A stretch of 64,000 bases of DNA from the human T2T-CHM13v2.0 reference genome, Homo sapiens: NCBI RefSeq assembly GCF_009914755.1, contig NC_060934.1; one strand, 5' to 3'. The notes below the pieces were generated by a model. That model was not told the DNA's origin. It searched no databases and saw nothing but the letters and a program-made list of their open reading frames with translations. Position numbers and translations under genes: made by a program. The number at the start of each line of letters is the position of its first letter. Position 1 is the stretch's first letter. This document shows positions 13,748 through 29,634 of this stretch, in pieces.

Positions 13748-14059
13748 TTACTATTATTAATTACTATTTTTATTATTTGAGACAGGATCTCACTTTGTCC
13801 CCCAGGCTGGAGTGCAGTGGTGCAAACACAACTCACCTCAACTCTGACCTCCTGCATTCAAGCAATCCTCCTGCCTCAGCCTCCCAAGTAGCTGGGACCA
13901 TAGATATGCGCCACCATGCCTAGCTAATTTTTAATTTTTTTGTAGAGTTGGGGTCTTGCCATGTTGCCCAAGCTGGTCTCGAACTCCTGAACTCAAGCAA
14001 TCCTCCTGCCTCAGCCTCCCAAAGTGCGGGGATTACAGACGTGAGCCATCGCTCCCAGC
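13748..14059 (-). mobile_element. AluJ-like SINE
   Basis: Antisense Alu; TSD TGTATTTTAAATTA at 13734-13747 and 14060-14073. Confidence 0.92.
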
Positions 14060-14424
14060 TGTATTTTAAATTAATAGTGAGATCAAATAATTTTTAAACC
14101 TTAATTGTCCCATTCATAGCAATTGCCAATTTTCTATTAGGTTGTCTGCCTCTTATTGACTTGTAGTTTATTTTATATGTATGTTTGTACATGTATGAAT
14201 GTGTGTCCATATATCAATTATTTTTCTTTTGTATATGTTGCTAACATTTTTTTCTAGTTTGTTGTTTGATTTTTAACTTTTGAATAAGGTTCCTTCTTGT
14301 ATAGTTTTCAAAGTTTTATGAAGTAAAATTTATTAACACCGTTTTTGGGTCTGTGAATGCATTTTCAAGTACAAGGTAATAAACACATTCTCTTATATTT
14401 TTGAATTGTTTAGCTTTAAAAATC

Positions 14425-14765
14425 CTTTAACAGCTTTATTGAGATGTAAACCGTATATCACACAATTCACTGATTTAAAGTATACCATTCAATGTTTTTT
14501 AGTGTATTCTTAGAATTGTGCACCCATCACCATGATCAATTTTAGAACATTTTCATCAATCCCAAGAGAACCCTCATACTCATTTGCAGAAACTTGACAT
14601 TTTACCTCAACACTGTTGGCCTTCCACAACCTACCAGGCAACTATGAATCTAATTTTTGTTTCTTATTTTTGCTTATTCCGAGTATACCATACAAATGGG
14701 GCCATATTACATGTGGTCTTTTGTAACTGGCTTCTGTCACTTAGTATAATGTTTTCGTTTCATCT
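14425..14765 (-). mobile_element. L1MB-type 3' end
   Basis: TTTAACAGCTTTATTGAGAT...CATCACCATGATCAATTTTAGAACATTTTCATC. Confidence 0.75.
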
Positions 14766-15037
14766 ATGTTGTACAGCTTTGTATTTTACAATTAGACTTT
14801 TAATCCATCTGGAATTCATTGATTTCTATCAATTGGGTAAATAGTTATATATAAATTTATCTTTTAAAGAGGGATAGCCAGCTGTACCAACGCTATCTAC
14901 TGAAGATTCAGTCTACCCTTTTCCCACTAACCTAAACTGTCTCCATCATCCATATGTATGGATCTATTTCTGGGTTTTACTTCTTTATTCTTGAGCCTGT
15001 ATTTATTGAGCCTTTATTCTTGAGCCTGATTTAAGGA

Positions 15038-15185
15038 TTTGATAGGGTCTCGCTCTGTTGCCCAGGCTGGCGCGCAGTGGCCTGATCATAGCTCACTGCA
15101 GCCCTGAACTCCTGGGCTCAAGCAATGCTCCTACCTTGGCCTCGCAAAGTGCTGAGATTACAGACATGAGTCACCATGCCCGGCC
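15038..15185 (-). mobile_element. Alu monomer (FLAM-like)
   Basis: Single antisense Alu monomer ending CCATGCCCGGCC. Confidence 0.8.
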
Positions 15186-15257
15186 CTCTGCAGTAGAATT
15201 TCACTAACTAGTAGGGTAAGTCTTCCCTCGTTTTCTTTTTTCCTAAAGTTTTCTTGA

Positions 15258-15677
<420 letters not shown>

Positions 15678-16145
15678 TAATTTTTGAAGAAATGTTATGT
15701 TACCTTTATAATATTGGGTTTTCTGTATTTTTATTGAATTTATAGCTGTATTTTAATTCATTCAAAGGAGGATAGATATTCCATCTGGAATTAAATTTTT
15801 AATTGTTATTGATGTATAGGAATGCCATTTACTGGGGTAGAAACTGTAGAGGGAAGTGTAGAATTTGATCAAAAGATAATGAGATCTGCTTAGATCCATT
15901 CTGCCTAAGATGTTTGTGAGAAATGAAGATGGAGATATACACACCAAATATTGCACCATTAATATTGGTGACTTTTTTGGAATGGCAATAGGAAGGTAGA
16001 TGGTCTGTAAAGTCTTTTGAAAAAGAATTTGACATTTGGGCCAAACATATGTGAAACTATTGGCTTTGAAACCAGCAGAGCTTCTAACTTACTGTTGCAA
16101 ATTGCTATTTTAATAAAGTAGGGAAAACCACAATGAACAGTTTAA

Positions 16146-16631
<486 letters not shown>

Positions 16632-18254
16632 TAAATCAAAAGGGTGATAACAGTAGCCAGTGATATTTCTCTTCTCTGCAACAACAAACTCTTGTAGGAC
16701 CCCCGATTTCTCTCTTTGATGTTCTTCTCAAATATCTCAGGAAACCCTCAGGGGAATTTTGGTGGATTTTCAAGCACAGTCCTCTTTGGTTCCTTGCAGA
16801 GCCTGATATCGCCCACTCTCCTGCTAAGCCTCTCCTGTGGTGACCTGCTGCACTGTTCTTTGATGCCCACCACGGCACTAGGAAGGTGCCCAGCACAGTC
16901 AGGTTACCCTTTGGTCAAACCACATGGACTGTCTACCTGCTGTGTCACTGATGCTGCAGAAGATGTTGTATTCTCTACCAAAGTGCGGAGAGTCTGTCCC
17001 CTTGTACCCAAACATCATGTAATACTCTCACCTGGCCAGAGCAGTGCTGCCTTGGGCTCTAAACACACTCTTGTCTGCATGCAGTTGAGTAGCTGGATGG
17101 GCTCAGTGATATGCTCAATGTCCTCCTTACTCTCCAGTTGGCCAATAGTTCTTGGGGCCTTGACATTGAACCAAGCTTGTGTGCCTGACTTCCAGCCTCT
17201 TCCGTCTTGGTTCCATGCATAAATAGACTCTAGGGTCCCATTGGGGCCTTCCGGATACCACCAGAATGCCTGAATCTTAAGCTGACTACAGTTTAGGTTC
17301 AAGCTAGAATCCTTTCTGCTCATCTGAGGAAATGTCTAAGGAAATGACTCAGAATCATGTATTAAGTTTGAATCATCCTAGTAGGCCTGGGCCATCTGCT
17401 CATACGTGGTAAGGAAAGAATTGTGGTTTCAGGCATATGGCTTTTGCTATTAAGCTTTATTGTCGTCTCTTATTGGTGAGAATGATATATTGTTTAAAAC
17501 TAAGGAGTTGTGATAGCATGTTACTGAACCTACAGCAAAATACCATCTCAGTTACATTTATGATTTGATGCCTAAACTAATGGAATGAGCATGAGAGCAG
17601 CAATGAGTGGTGCATGCAAAGAATTGGGACATGGACAAAAAACAGGCTATTTCTTATTTATTGGCAACTTTTTACAAAATTGAGAGCGGCTGGCAGTTGT
17701 CAGAAAGAAGGCCTGGATGGTCAATCTCCTTGTACCGATGGTGAGTATTGACAATAATTTTTTTTTGTATTTCTTTTCACTTCCAAAGGATAGGGAAATT
17801 TGGCGACCTCAACCTGTCCAAGTCTTCAGGATCTGCTGCTGCCACTGTTCACTGCAATTCCTTAGGTTTAGCTTAATTGGCGCCATTGGGAACATGTAGA
17901 AATTCATTTTAGAGAGTGCTACCTTGATGACTTAACGGTCTTACAATAGTAGGCAGAGACAGAAAGGTGAGTATCAGATATGTGCTTTAGAAGCATGTTG
18001 CTTTAATCCAATCTCCGCTTTTAGACAGACCTCATGATAAAAACTTCCTTACGGCTTTCTAACCTATTCTAATATGTATCCTAAAGACATCCTGTGGTTA
18101 CGTATCCTGTGTCTCACAGGCATTATTATTTAGAGAAAGCTTTCCAACTTTTGAAACTTGAGTCATTTATTCCAGTTTTATCTTTAGTGAAAATGACAGA
18201 TTCTTATTTAATTCTTCTGGCTTTAAATTGCATGTGGAATGGGATGTGAAGGAA

Positions 18255-18470
18255 TGCATCTAAGTTCTGAAGTCAGACAGACCTGAATTTAAACCTTGGT
18301 TTCACCACTTGCTAGGTGTGTGACCTTTAGCAAGTCACTTAACCTCTCTGAATTTCTCTTTATTCAACTCTAAAGTGGGGATATAATGCACATATTGTCA
18401 GGTATCATAGAAATTAAATAAAATAATGGATGTGAACATGGCTGGCATACCTTACTGTTCAACAGTTGTC
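18255..18470 (+). mobile_element. MIR
   Basis: AGTCAGACAGACCTG...TGTGTGACCTTTAGCAAGTCACTTAACCTCTCTG. Confidence 0.85.
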
Positions 18471-19305
18471 CTTGCCCTATGTGTTATTTTCAGATATGCC
18501 GTAAATCCAAGTCATTATTTCATATTGATCTGGCTGCTTATGTAACAGGTGACGTCAGCAAAGAAAGAGTTCGTTACAGTAAAGGAAATCTTTAGAAAGC
18601 TAGTTACAGCTTGAAGATTGGACTGGGATCCGGGAGATGGAATTATTTTGCAACCTAAGATTAGTTCAGGGAAAAAGATTAATGAGTCACATTATGCAAA
18701 CAGATCAAGCTAATGAAAAATGAAAATGTTCTGGTTTGCAGCTTGAGTTGATTTAATAATATTTGTGCAATAACAACATTAAATTCAAGGTCTCTTCCAG
18801 CAAATTGGACTTTACCCGGAACTTTTCTCTCAGAGGAAAGGTCCTCCTCCCTGGAATCACAATCTAACTGATCGCTTTGGGTGCAGCCCTCTCTGTGGTG
18901 CAATTTTAGGGCCGTCTAGAGTTCTCCCTCCCTCTGTGAGTCTCAAACACTCGGCTCTTTCTCTTCCTTCCTCTGATGTAGCTATTGAGGTGATTGTCGC
19001 TTTCATCTACCTCTTTCTATGAATTAAGTTATCTGATCGAATTATAGAGTAAGCCAGAATCAGAGATTAATACGTAATTGGCACACATTTATCTGATTAA
19101 CCCTAGCAGGGAATAGAGTTCCAAGTTAAATGTTGTTGAGGAAGAACAAGTCGGGTTCCAGAATGGGATCTTTGGGAAGAAGCCTGTAATCTACAGGGGC
19201 TGAGGTGCTACTGATGAGAGGCAGTTATTACCTGAGCTCCCTGGACATACTGCTTATGTTCCCATCGGTGATGGGGTCAATTACACCTTGTCGTGGCATT
19301 CGCTG

Positions 19306-19612
19306 TTTTTATTTTTTGTTTTTGATTTTGAGACCAGGTCTTTTTCTGTTGCCCAGGCTGGAGCACAGTGGCATGATCATAGCTCACTGCAGCCTTGACC
19401 TCTTGGACTCAAGTGATCCTCCCATCTCAGCCTCCAGAGTATCTGGGACTACAGGTGCTCACCACCATTCCTGGCTAATTTTTACATTTTTCTTTTTTTT
19501 TTTTTTGGTAGAGACAAGATCTCACATTGTTGCTCAAGCTAGTTTTGAACTCCTGGGCTAAAGCAAAGCACTTCTCCCACTTCGGTCTCCTAAAGTGCCA
19601 TGATTACAGGCT
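19306..19612 (-). mobile_element. AluJ-like SINE
   Basis: Antisense Alu with J-type ATCATAGCTCACTGCAGCC. Confidence 0.9.
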
Positions 19613-20825
19613 TCACTGTTTTTATATTTCTGTCATTCCTACTAGGCTATAAAACCCTTATGGGAAAGGAGCTCCCTTTTCATATCGCTGAAATTCTCTG
19701 AGTGTCTTCCTTGCACCTAGTGGGTATATTCAATAAATGCCTTCCTTGCATCTAGCAGGTAGTCAACAAATGCCTGTTGAATGAGGAGTCATTGAAGAAA
19801 ATCTTTACTTTTTTTTTTTTTTTGCCTAGGACTGAACTTCATAATTCTATTTCCATTTGTTGCTTCACATAACTACCCTTCTGTGAAGTCCTTTCTATTT
19901 TCTGCCCAGCTTTGGACCTGTCTTCTCTTCCTTTTGATCTTCATGGCCATTACCTCCAATACATCTGAACAGTCTCACTTCTCAGTTGAAGTATATGGCT
20001 GTTTTTGCTTTTTCCTTCTCACTATACTCTTGATATCCAACTAATGCTCATAGCGACCAGGAAGAAATCCACCATTTCACTTCAATATCACATGAGCAGG
20101 AAATAAGCAGAGTTCACTGTGCTTTTGAAATGCTCTATAAGTTCAAGTTACAGTACAAAAACTAATCAATTTACTAATAAAGGCAAATAATATTATTGAA
20201 CACATCAATTATATGTCAAGTCTGGAAACAGACAGTAGGTAAGATAGATGCTTTAGGGTATTGCTGAAAGCACTTTGATGACTAAAATTCCATTGTTCTG
20301 AACAATTTTTAAATCTGGTCAGGAATACTGGAAAGATTTTTACATTATAGTAAAATTCATCTTAATGTTTCCTTCATTGAAGTGAACTGCATTGATTCTT
20401 TCTCTCTTTTTTTCCTATGAGGGAACAATATGTTCAGGTATTTTTTTATGATTAAAATTTTGATTTTGAAGTGACCACAGATTCATTAAGAAATAATACA
20501 GAGGGACCCCATGGACTCTTTGTCCAGTTTCACCCAATGATAACATCTTGTAAAACTGTAACACAATATCACAATAGGATATTGACACTGATACTCTCAA
20601 GATACAGAACATTCCATCATCATTTGGATCTCTCATGTTACCTACTTCTTTCCTGCCAACCCCCTTCTTAACAACTGACAACAACTAATCCATTTTTCGT
20701 TTCCTATACTTTTTTCATTTCAAGAATGTTCTATAATGGAATTATTCAGTATGTCACCTCTGAGATTGTCTTTTTTTCACTCAGCATAATTTTCTGGAGA
20801 TTCATCCAGGTTATTCCATGTATTA

Positions 20826-20999
<174 letters not shown>

Positions 21000-22424
21000 T
21001 CATGTTACTACAGCGTAGATGGTACAATAGCTTGTTTAACCATTCACCCATTTTTAGCTTTTGACTATTTCAAATAAAGCTATTATAAACATTTGCGTAT
21101 AGGTTTTGGTGTGAATATAGTCTTCATTTCTCTGGGATAAATACCCAGCAATGTGATTTTTGGGTATATAGTAGTTACATGTTTAGTTTTTAGGAAACTG
21201 CCAAACTTTTCCAGAATGGCAGTACCATTTTACATTTCCACTAGCAAGGTATGAGTTATCCAGTTTCTCAACTTTATTGGTGGCATTTGGTGTTATCATT
21301 ATTTCTTATTTATCCATTCTGATATGTGTGTAGAGGTATCTCATTATGGTTTTAATTTCATTTCTCTAATGGCTAATGATGTTGAATATTTTTTCAAATG
21401 CATATTTGTCACCTTCATGTCTTCTTTGGTAAAATGTATCTTCATGTCCTTTGCTTATGTTCTAATTGAATTGTTTGTTTTTTACTGTTGAGTTTTGAGA
21501 GTTATCTATATTGTCTAGATACTAGTGCTTTGCAAAATACGTGGCTTACAAATATGTGGTTGCAGATATTTCCCTGTCTTTAGCTAGTATTTTCATCTTC
21601 TTAGTAGGATTTTTCACAGAACAAAAGTTTTAAATTTTTATAAAGTCAAATGTACCCATTTTTACTTTGTGGATCGTGCTTTGGATGTCAAGTCTAAGAA
21701 CTCTTTTTCTAGAATCTTAAGAATTTCTTCTATGTTTTATCTAAATGTTTTATAGTTTTACATTCTACATTTAAGGTTTGACACATTATTAGTTAATTTT
21801 TGCATATATTAATTTAGTTAAGTTTGTATAGTGTGAGACAGATTGAGGTTTATTATTTTTGCCTGTAGATATCCAATTGCCCCAGCACCATTTGTTGAAA
21901 AGGTTAACTTTTTCTCTATTGAATTGTGTTTGCACCTTTATCAAAAATCAGTTGGGCATATTTGTGTGGGCATATTTGGGTTCTGTATTCTTTTCCATTG
22001 ATCTATGTGTCTTTTCCTTTACCAATACCACACAGTTTTGACTACTGTAGCTCTATAATATATTTTAAAATATTTTATTCTTTTAAAAAATTGTTTGAAC
22101 TATTCTAGTTTGTTTGCTTTTACATATATATTTTGGCGTAATTTTGTCTGTGTTTGCAAAAAGTTTCACTGGGATAGGAATTGTGTTAAACAAGTATATC
22201 AATTTGGGGAAAATCTGACATCTTTACCATACTGAGTCTTCTAATCCATGAATAAAGAATATCTTTCTATTTATTAAGATCTTTGATTTCTTTAATCAGA
22301 TAGTGTTATATAGTTTTTATCCTATGAGTCCCACACACATTTTGGTAGATTTTCACCTAAGTAATTAATTTTTTGAGTGATTATGAATGTTGTAGTTTTA
22401 TTTTTATTTTGTCCTCCTTGTCAG

Positions 22425-22731
22425 TTTTTTTTGGGGGGTGGGGGGAGGTGACAGAGTCTTGCTCTGTCGCCAACGCTGGAGTGCAGTGGTGTGATCTCAG
22501 CTCACTGCAACCTCTGCCTCCCAGGCTCAAGTCATTCTTGTGCCTCAGATTCCCAAGCAGTTGAGACTACAGGAATGTGCTACCGCACTCACCTAATTTT
22601 TGTGTTTTTAGTAGAGATGGGGTTTCGCCATATTGACCAGGGCTGGTCTTGAACTCCTGGCCTTAAATGATCTGCCTGCCTGGGCTTCCCAAAGTTCTGG
22701 GGATTACCGGCATGAACCACCATGCCTGGCC
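22425..22731 (-). mobile_element. Alu SINE (old S/J)
   Basis: Full antisense Alu inside L1MC. Confidence 0.9.
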
Positions 22732-23185
22732 CTAGTGTTGTATTTTTAATTTAGGTATCCATTTGAAATCATTTGAAATCACTTATTAGTTCTAGCAGTA
22801 TTTTTTTTGTTGTAGATTCCTTTGACTTTTCTGTGTAGAAATAATGTAATGTGCAAATAGGGACAGTTTTATTTCTTCCATTCTGATCCAAGTGTCTCTT
22901 TATTTTTCCCTCTTGTCTTTCCCTGATTGCACTGACTAAAACTTCTAGCACTTTGTTGAGTAAGATTGGTGACAGTGAACATCTTTACCTTTTTCCAATC
23001 TCAGGAAAGTATTCAGTCTTTTACCATTAAGTATGTTAGCTCCAGGGTTTTTTAGATGCTCTTTATAAGTTCCCGTCTATTCCTAGTTTTCTGAGAGCTT
23101 TTATCATACATGGGTATGAAATTTAGTCAAATGCTTTTTCTTCATCAATTAATATAACCATGTATGGTAGAATATATAGGTTGAT

Positions 23186-23517
<332 letters not shown>

Positions 23518-25365
23518 TTAAATGTTGAACCAGCCTTGCGTTTCTTAACTAAACCCGACTTGGTCCTGGTGTCTAATTCTTTTTATATTGCTGAATTCTC
23601 TTTGCTAATATTTTGTTATGGATTATTGTATCTATATTCATGAAGAATATTTTTCTGTAGTTTTCGTTGTTTGTACTGTCTTTGGTATGGTATTAGGCTA
23701 ATACTAGCTTCATAAATAAATTGGGAAGCCTTATTGCCTCTTCTATTTTCCAGAAGACATTGTGTAGAATTGGTGTTACTTATTCTTTAAAAGTTTGGGA
23801 GATTTCTCCAGTGAAGACTTCTGGGCCTGGAGATTTCTTTTTTGGAGGCTTAAAATTATGAATGAAATCTCATCAATGTTATATATAGGGCTATTCAAAT
23901 TTTTCTATATCTTATTGGTTGAATTGCAATAGTGTTTTTTTCAAGGAAGTAGATCATTTTTTTCTGAGTTAAATTTATGTGTGTAAAATTCATAGTATCC
24001 ATTTTACTGTGTATAGGTCTGTAGTGATATTCCATGTTCCATTCGTATAAATATTGGTAATTTGTGTCTTCTCTCCTTTTTCTTTCTCAGTCTTGCTAGA
24101 TTTTGTCAATTTTATTGATCTTCTCAAAAGACCAGTTCTTTGTTTCATTAATTTTCTCTTTTGTTTTTCTGTTTTCAATTCACTGATTTATGCTATCGTC
24201 ATATTTTCTTCTGCTTGCTTTGGATTTATTTTGCTCTTCTTTGTCTGGGTTATTGAGGTGGGAGTTTGGATTATTGATATGACACCTTTCTTCTTTGTCT
24301 GATGTATGTATTTACTACTGCAAATTTCTTCTTTATCATTGCTTTAGCTATATCCTACAAATTTAATACATTAAACATTTTTATTAAGTGCAATGCATTT
24401 TTAAAATTTCCTTTGAGACTCCCTCTTTAGCCCATGGATTATTTAGAGGTGTGTTGTTTAGTTTCCAATTGTTAAAAATTTTCCTATTGTCTTTATGTTA
24501 TTGATTTCTAGTTAGATTTAATTGTGGTCAGAGAAAACACTCTGTAAAAGTTCAATTCTTTTAGATGTTTTGAAATTTGTTTTATTGTCCAAGATTTTGT
24601 CTATCTTGATATATCTTTCCACAGGAACTTGAAAGAGCATTCTGCTGCTGTTTGATGGAATATTCTATAAATGTTCATTAGATCATGTTAGTTGATGGTA
24701 TTGTGGAATTTTTTCACATCCTTACTGATTTTCTGTCTAGTTGTTCTATTAGTTGTTGACAGCAGGGTATTAAAATCTCCAAGTATAATGTGGATTTGTC
24801 TATCTATGTTTTTAGCTCTATTAATTTTTGCTTCGCACATTTTGCTGCACTGTTGTTTGGTGCATACACATTTAGGATTGCTGTGTCCTCTTGGTGAATT
24901 GACCCTTTTATCACTATATACCATTCCTCTCTGTCTCTGGTAACCTGCCTATATTGTTACACTTGAAGTGAGTTTCTTATAGATAGCAAACATTGGGTCA
25001 TGTTAATTCACTCTGACAATCTCTGTTCTTTAATTGGTATATTTACACCATTTTCATTTAATGTAATTATTGCTGTGTTAGGGATTAAGACTGACATTTG
25101 CTGTTTTCTGTTTGTTCTTGCTGTTTTTCATTTTTCTGTTTTCTTTTTTCCTGTGGGTTACTCAAACAGTTTTTAAGAATTCTATTTGGATGTTTCTATA
25201 TAGTGTTTTTGAGCGTATCTATTTGTAGGACTTGTTTAGTTGTTGCTCTGGGTATTACATTACATATACATAATTTATCATTGTCTACTGCTATTATTTA
25301 CTGGTTCAAGTGAAGTATAGAGATCTTACCCTTCTTTACCTTCCTTCATCCTCCTTTTTTATATG

Positions 25366-25980
25366 CAATTCATTGTCATTATTGTAGTAGTTGTATTCTA
25401 CAAAGTCTCTGAATTAGCAAATACTATACCATTGCTCCTAGGGGAAATACAAGGTTAGATTCCTGGGAGCCTCAGGTCATGATATTATCAACTGATCAAT
25501 ACATAACCTTGTTTCATAGATGTTTCTATTTAAAGATACCTTTAAATTCAATTAACATTGAATTCATGGCCAACAGCTCTGTAAGTCATGCCTAAATAAA
25601 GCTTATCTAACACACATGGTTTCTCCATCAGGCACATCACAGCTTTCTTGCACTTAGAAACAGTAGACAGCATTTCAGCACTACAGTGGGGATCATTTTA
25701 AACAGTGCATTAGCCAACAAAATGTAAAAAATTGCAAATAACTTAGCATTAGATAGACTACGAAAAAGGCACTTGTTTATAATATGAGCTGAAACAAAAG
25801 GTGACAGCCATGTTCAACCTCAGCTTGAAATATATTAGAAGACTCAAATTTTCTACCACTCTGCACGTGTTTGTGAATGACTATGAAAGTGCTGTGAGTA
25901 TTAATTTCATGGTTACAAATAAAATTCAGTGAATGGGAAGATTCACAAATACAGAATCTATAAATAATGAGGATCAACTA
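25366..25980 (-). mobile_element. MER82-like TcMar-Tigger DNA transposon fossil
   Basis: Degenerate TIRs CAATTCATTGTCATTATT / AATAATGAGGATCAACT; TA at the right flank; about 615 bp. Confidence 0.8.
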
Positions 25981-26495
25981 TACTTTTGTTCTTGCTTATT
26001 GGTATAAAATTTTCTTCTTTTATCATTTCTTTTCTATTTAGGGAATTTTCTTTATCTGTCCTTTCAGGATAGGTCTATTGATGACAAGTTCTCTTTATTT
26101 TTGTTAATGTAAGACTCTTGATTTCCTCTTTATTCCTAAGGCATATTTTCACTGGACATAAGATTCTGGGTTGCCAATTCTTTTCTTTCAGCACTTGAAA
26201 AATGTGTTGCTTCCTTCAGGCTTCCTTGGTGTCTGATGAGAAATCTACTGTCATTTGAATTCTTTTTTTTTTAGTATAGGTAAAGTTTAAGATTTTTCTG
26301 TCTTTAGTTTTCAGAACTTTAATTATGATATGTTTTGGCATGGATTTCTTTGAGTTTGTCCTATTTAAGGTGGACTCAACTTCTCAAATTTGTAGGTTTA
26401 TTCTGCCAGATTTGGGAAGTTTTCAGCCATTTTATGGTCAAGAACTCTTTAGCCCTATCTTCTTTTCCTTTTTTTTTTCTTGGATTCTGATGACG

Positions 26496-26498
<3 letters not shown>

Positions 26499-26526
<28 letters not shown>
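26499..26526. repeat. (AT)14 microsatellite
   Basis: Direct reading of the sequence. Confidence 0.95.
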
Positions 26527-29500
26527 CTTCTTATAGTCCTACAGGGTCCTGAGTCTCTGTTCTTTCTTTTTTTGATTTGTTGTTTAGACTAAGAAATTTT
26601 TATCATTGTGTCTTCCAGTACACTAATTCTTCCCTCTGTCTTCTTCATTCTGCTGTTGAGTACATCTACCAGGTTTTTAAAATTTCAATTATTGTGTTTT
26701 TCAGTTCTAAATTTTCTATTTGTTTCTTCTTTAAATATTCTAGTTCTTTGCTGAGACTTTCTGTATTTCTTGCTAAAGCTTTCTGCTTTTTATTTGTTTC
26801 AAGTGTGTAAATAATTGTTCTTTGAAACATTTTTATCATGCCTGCTTTAAAATATTTTTAGACCATTCCAACAACTCTGTCACTTGATGTTGGTATCTAT
26901 TGATTGTCTTTTTGCATTCAGTTTGAGATAGTTTTACTTTTTGGTGTGAGGAGTGGTTTTTGATTGAAATCTGGACATTTTCGTAGTGTACTAGGAGACT
27001 GGATGTTACTTAAATCTTCTGTTTTGCTGGCAGATTCTGACACCACTCTGGCAGGGAGAAGTGAGCATTGCCTTGTTACTGCCTGGTGGAGGTAGAAACT
27101 CATGATCCCTGTTTGGCTTCTGATGACACCCAAGTAGGTAGCTCAGCTTATAACTTGGAGGGGATAAGGGTTCTGGCTTTTCATGTGGTCTCCACTGATA
27201 CTGCAGTGAGGCTGGCCTTTTAACCACTGGGACATCGTGAAATTTCTGACTCTCCACTAGCCCTATTCTGACATTACTCCAGTAAGTTATATTCATATTT
27301 TTTAAAATTTCCCTTATGTCTAAGAAATAGATACAATCAAGTTTTCTTAATGAACTTTGTCGCCTTCCATTTTTATCATCTCCCTGCTGACTGGTTTTTT
27401 ATTTACAGTAAATCTCTGTCTGGGGGGTGGCAACTGCCCGGATGCTTTTTTTTTTTCACCCAAGATGAATTTTTGTATGTGCAGCTATTATTTTGTTTCA
27501 TCTTTACTTCAGTTTTTTCCTGCTCCTCCTATGGTTTATCACCATTGACCTACTCTGTGCCTTGCTTCTCAGTGTTTACTGCTTTTTGACGTTTATTTGT
27601 ATTTCATGTGCTCTCTTCAGAGCATTTCTTTTTAAAACAAACAACAAAAAAGGGGGTTAAGTTGAAGTGCTGAAAATGCAAATCAAGGCACCTTGAGCAA
27701 AGGTTTCTCCCTCTGGGTGGAGGGGATATCTCAAGTTGACTAGGGAACAGTCAATAAGAGAGAGTAGCTGAGGAGCTGATTTTGAAGACCAAAACCCATT
27801 TCCTCTGAGGAAAGGAAATAGTCCAACACTATTTTAGATCATATTCCCCTGTCTCAGCTGCTTGGTTGCTGTTGTGGTAATCAGAAGCTACAAATAGATA
27901 AAATTTGCTAAAAGCATCTTTAAGAACCATCAGGAAATGTCTGGCCTTGCTCAGGACGTTTTGGAAACTAGCATGTTAGCAACTGATAGCATTATCCCTA
28001 ATTTCCCTTCTACAAATACTGTTCATGGTAATTGTCACCCCTTTGTCAATCTCTGGCATTCTCAGAGATATCCTTTTAATTAATGTCCATATCCCCTGTT
28101 CTGCACACTCTTAGACTTCTGGATGGCCAAATCAGATTTGAAGGATTGATAGCAAGTTCTGCTAATGATTTTGATTAGTTCTATTTGTTTTGCATGTAAT
28201 TATCTTTTCTCAGTAATTAGAATTTAGTCACAGTATTCATACTTGATATCATTTTGTATAAAGATTACCCTAGTTAAACTCAGATATATTTATAATTTCC
28301 AAACAATTATAGAACAATTTATCAAACCTAAGGTTGTTCTGTCTTTGAAAGGAAAAACAATGTTTTGTTTTAATTTGTTTTAAAATATGAAGTATTTCTT
28401 TTTTCATGTGAAAGACAGCTGATAACAAAAATCGATTGTGCTTTTGAAAATAATGTTTCCTGACAAATTAATTGCTGGGCAAAATTGATATTAATCTATG
28501 ACAAAGTAACCTTTTCTTTGGAGAAGGATTTGAATGGGTTGGCCTTTTGAATGTGTTTATTAGATTGATCTCATTTTAGAATTGTAATTCTGCCATAGCT
28601 GGTGTCTAGAAAAGGAGGTATGGATATGTTTTTCCACCTGTGTTCATTATGTTTAATCAAACCTTGTATTTGTGGACTATAGCACTCAGCGAGTGTCTGA
28701 GCAGGTCTCCCTTTATCCCCATAGGGAAAATGAACCGGTTCTCTGGATTTATTCTAGTCAAACACAGAGCCAGGCTGAACAGGGCTTTTGCTGCTCCATC
28801 TTTGAGTTCCTGGGCAACTATGTGGCTCCCTGAGCTTTTGTTAAGAAAAGCAGAAGCACCAGGGCACCCAGATCCTGACGGCATGTGGTAGGTGGAGATT
28901 GCTCTCCTGCCCTGCAAGTTGGGCAAATAGGATGAAAATTTCTGCACGTTTGAAGGTATGTATTCTGTCAGCAATCTATTTCTGCAAGTTCTCTTTTGGA
29001 GGCATTAATGATGAATATGAGCTGCTTTCTACAAATCCTTTAAGGTCATCCTAATTGGCATTCTTTTTCTTGTTGTTATAAAGCCTTTCAGAGACTTACT
29101 ACATATTCTTTTATTCGCAGCAGCATATTAATGACCCTTCCTTTGGAATTTGATTAAAGCAGCTTCAACTTAAATTTTTGTATGATTTCCTAGTAGTTAC
29201 AGAGTGATCTAAACTAAAGTTCCCAGCCTGACACAACAGAGTAACTCCCCTGCATGTGCTTTATGGGCAGCCTGGTTCTTGTAAATGAAGCTTATAAGCT
29301 GGCAAGGATGCTGCCACTGGGGGAACTCACTGTCAGCACTAATGCTGCTGTCTAAACAGTTTTAACTCCCTTTGGCTTGGTTTTCCCACAGTCACTGCCG
29401 ACTGTGACTGCTGATAAGCTGAATAAGGCTGGAGGTCAACAATCCGGACACAGCTCTTAATTATTAAAGGATCAACACGTCTTAACATGCACATCCTCTG

Positions 29501-29634
29501 AACTGGGCATCAAACAACAGGATCTCAAGGAGAGAAATGTTCCCTTTCTCTTAAATTAGCAAAAAAAAAAGAAAAAAGAACAAAAACATAAAACAAAGCA
29601 GTTTTCGGGGGAGGTATAGCGTTTTCCCTAGATC

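Noticed and set aside
17741-17788. GTGAGT donor followed closely by an acceptor, as a possible intron
   Set aside because: Only 48 nt, below the usual minimum length for human introns.
19704-19773. Two ~35-bp imperfect direct repeats, superficially array-like
   Set aside because: Local duplication within an L2/MIR-like 3' end; only two units and no spacers, so not a CRISPR-like array.
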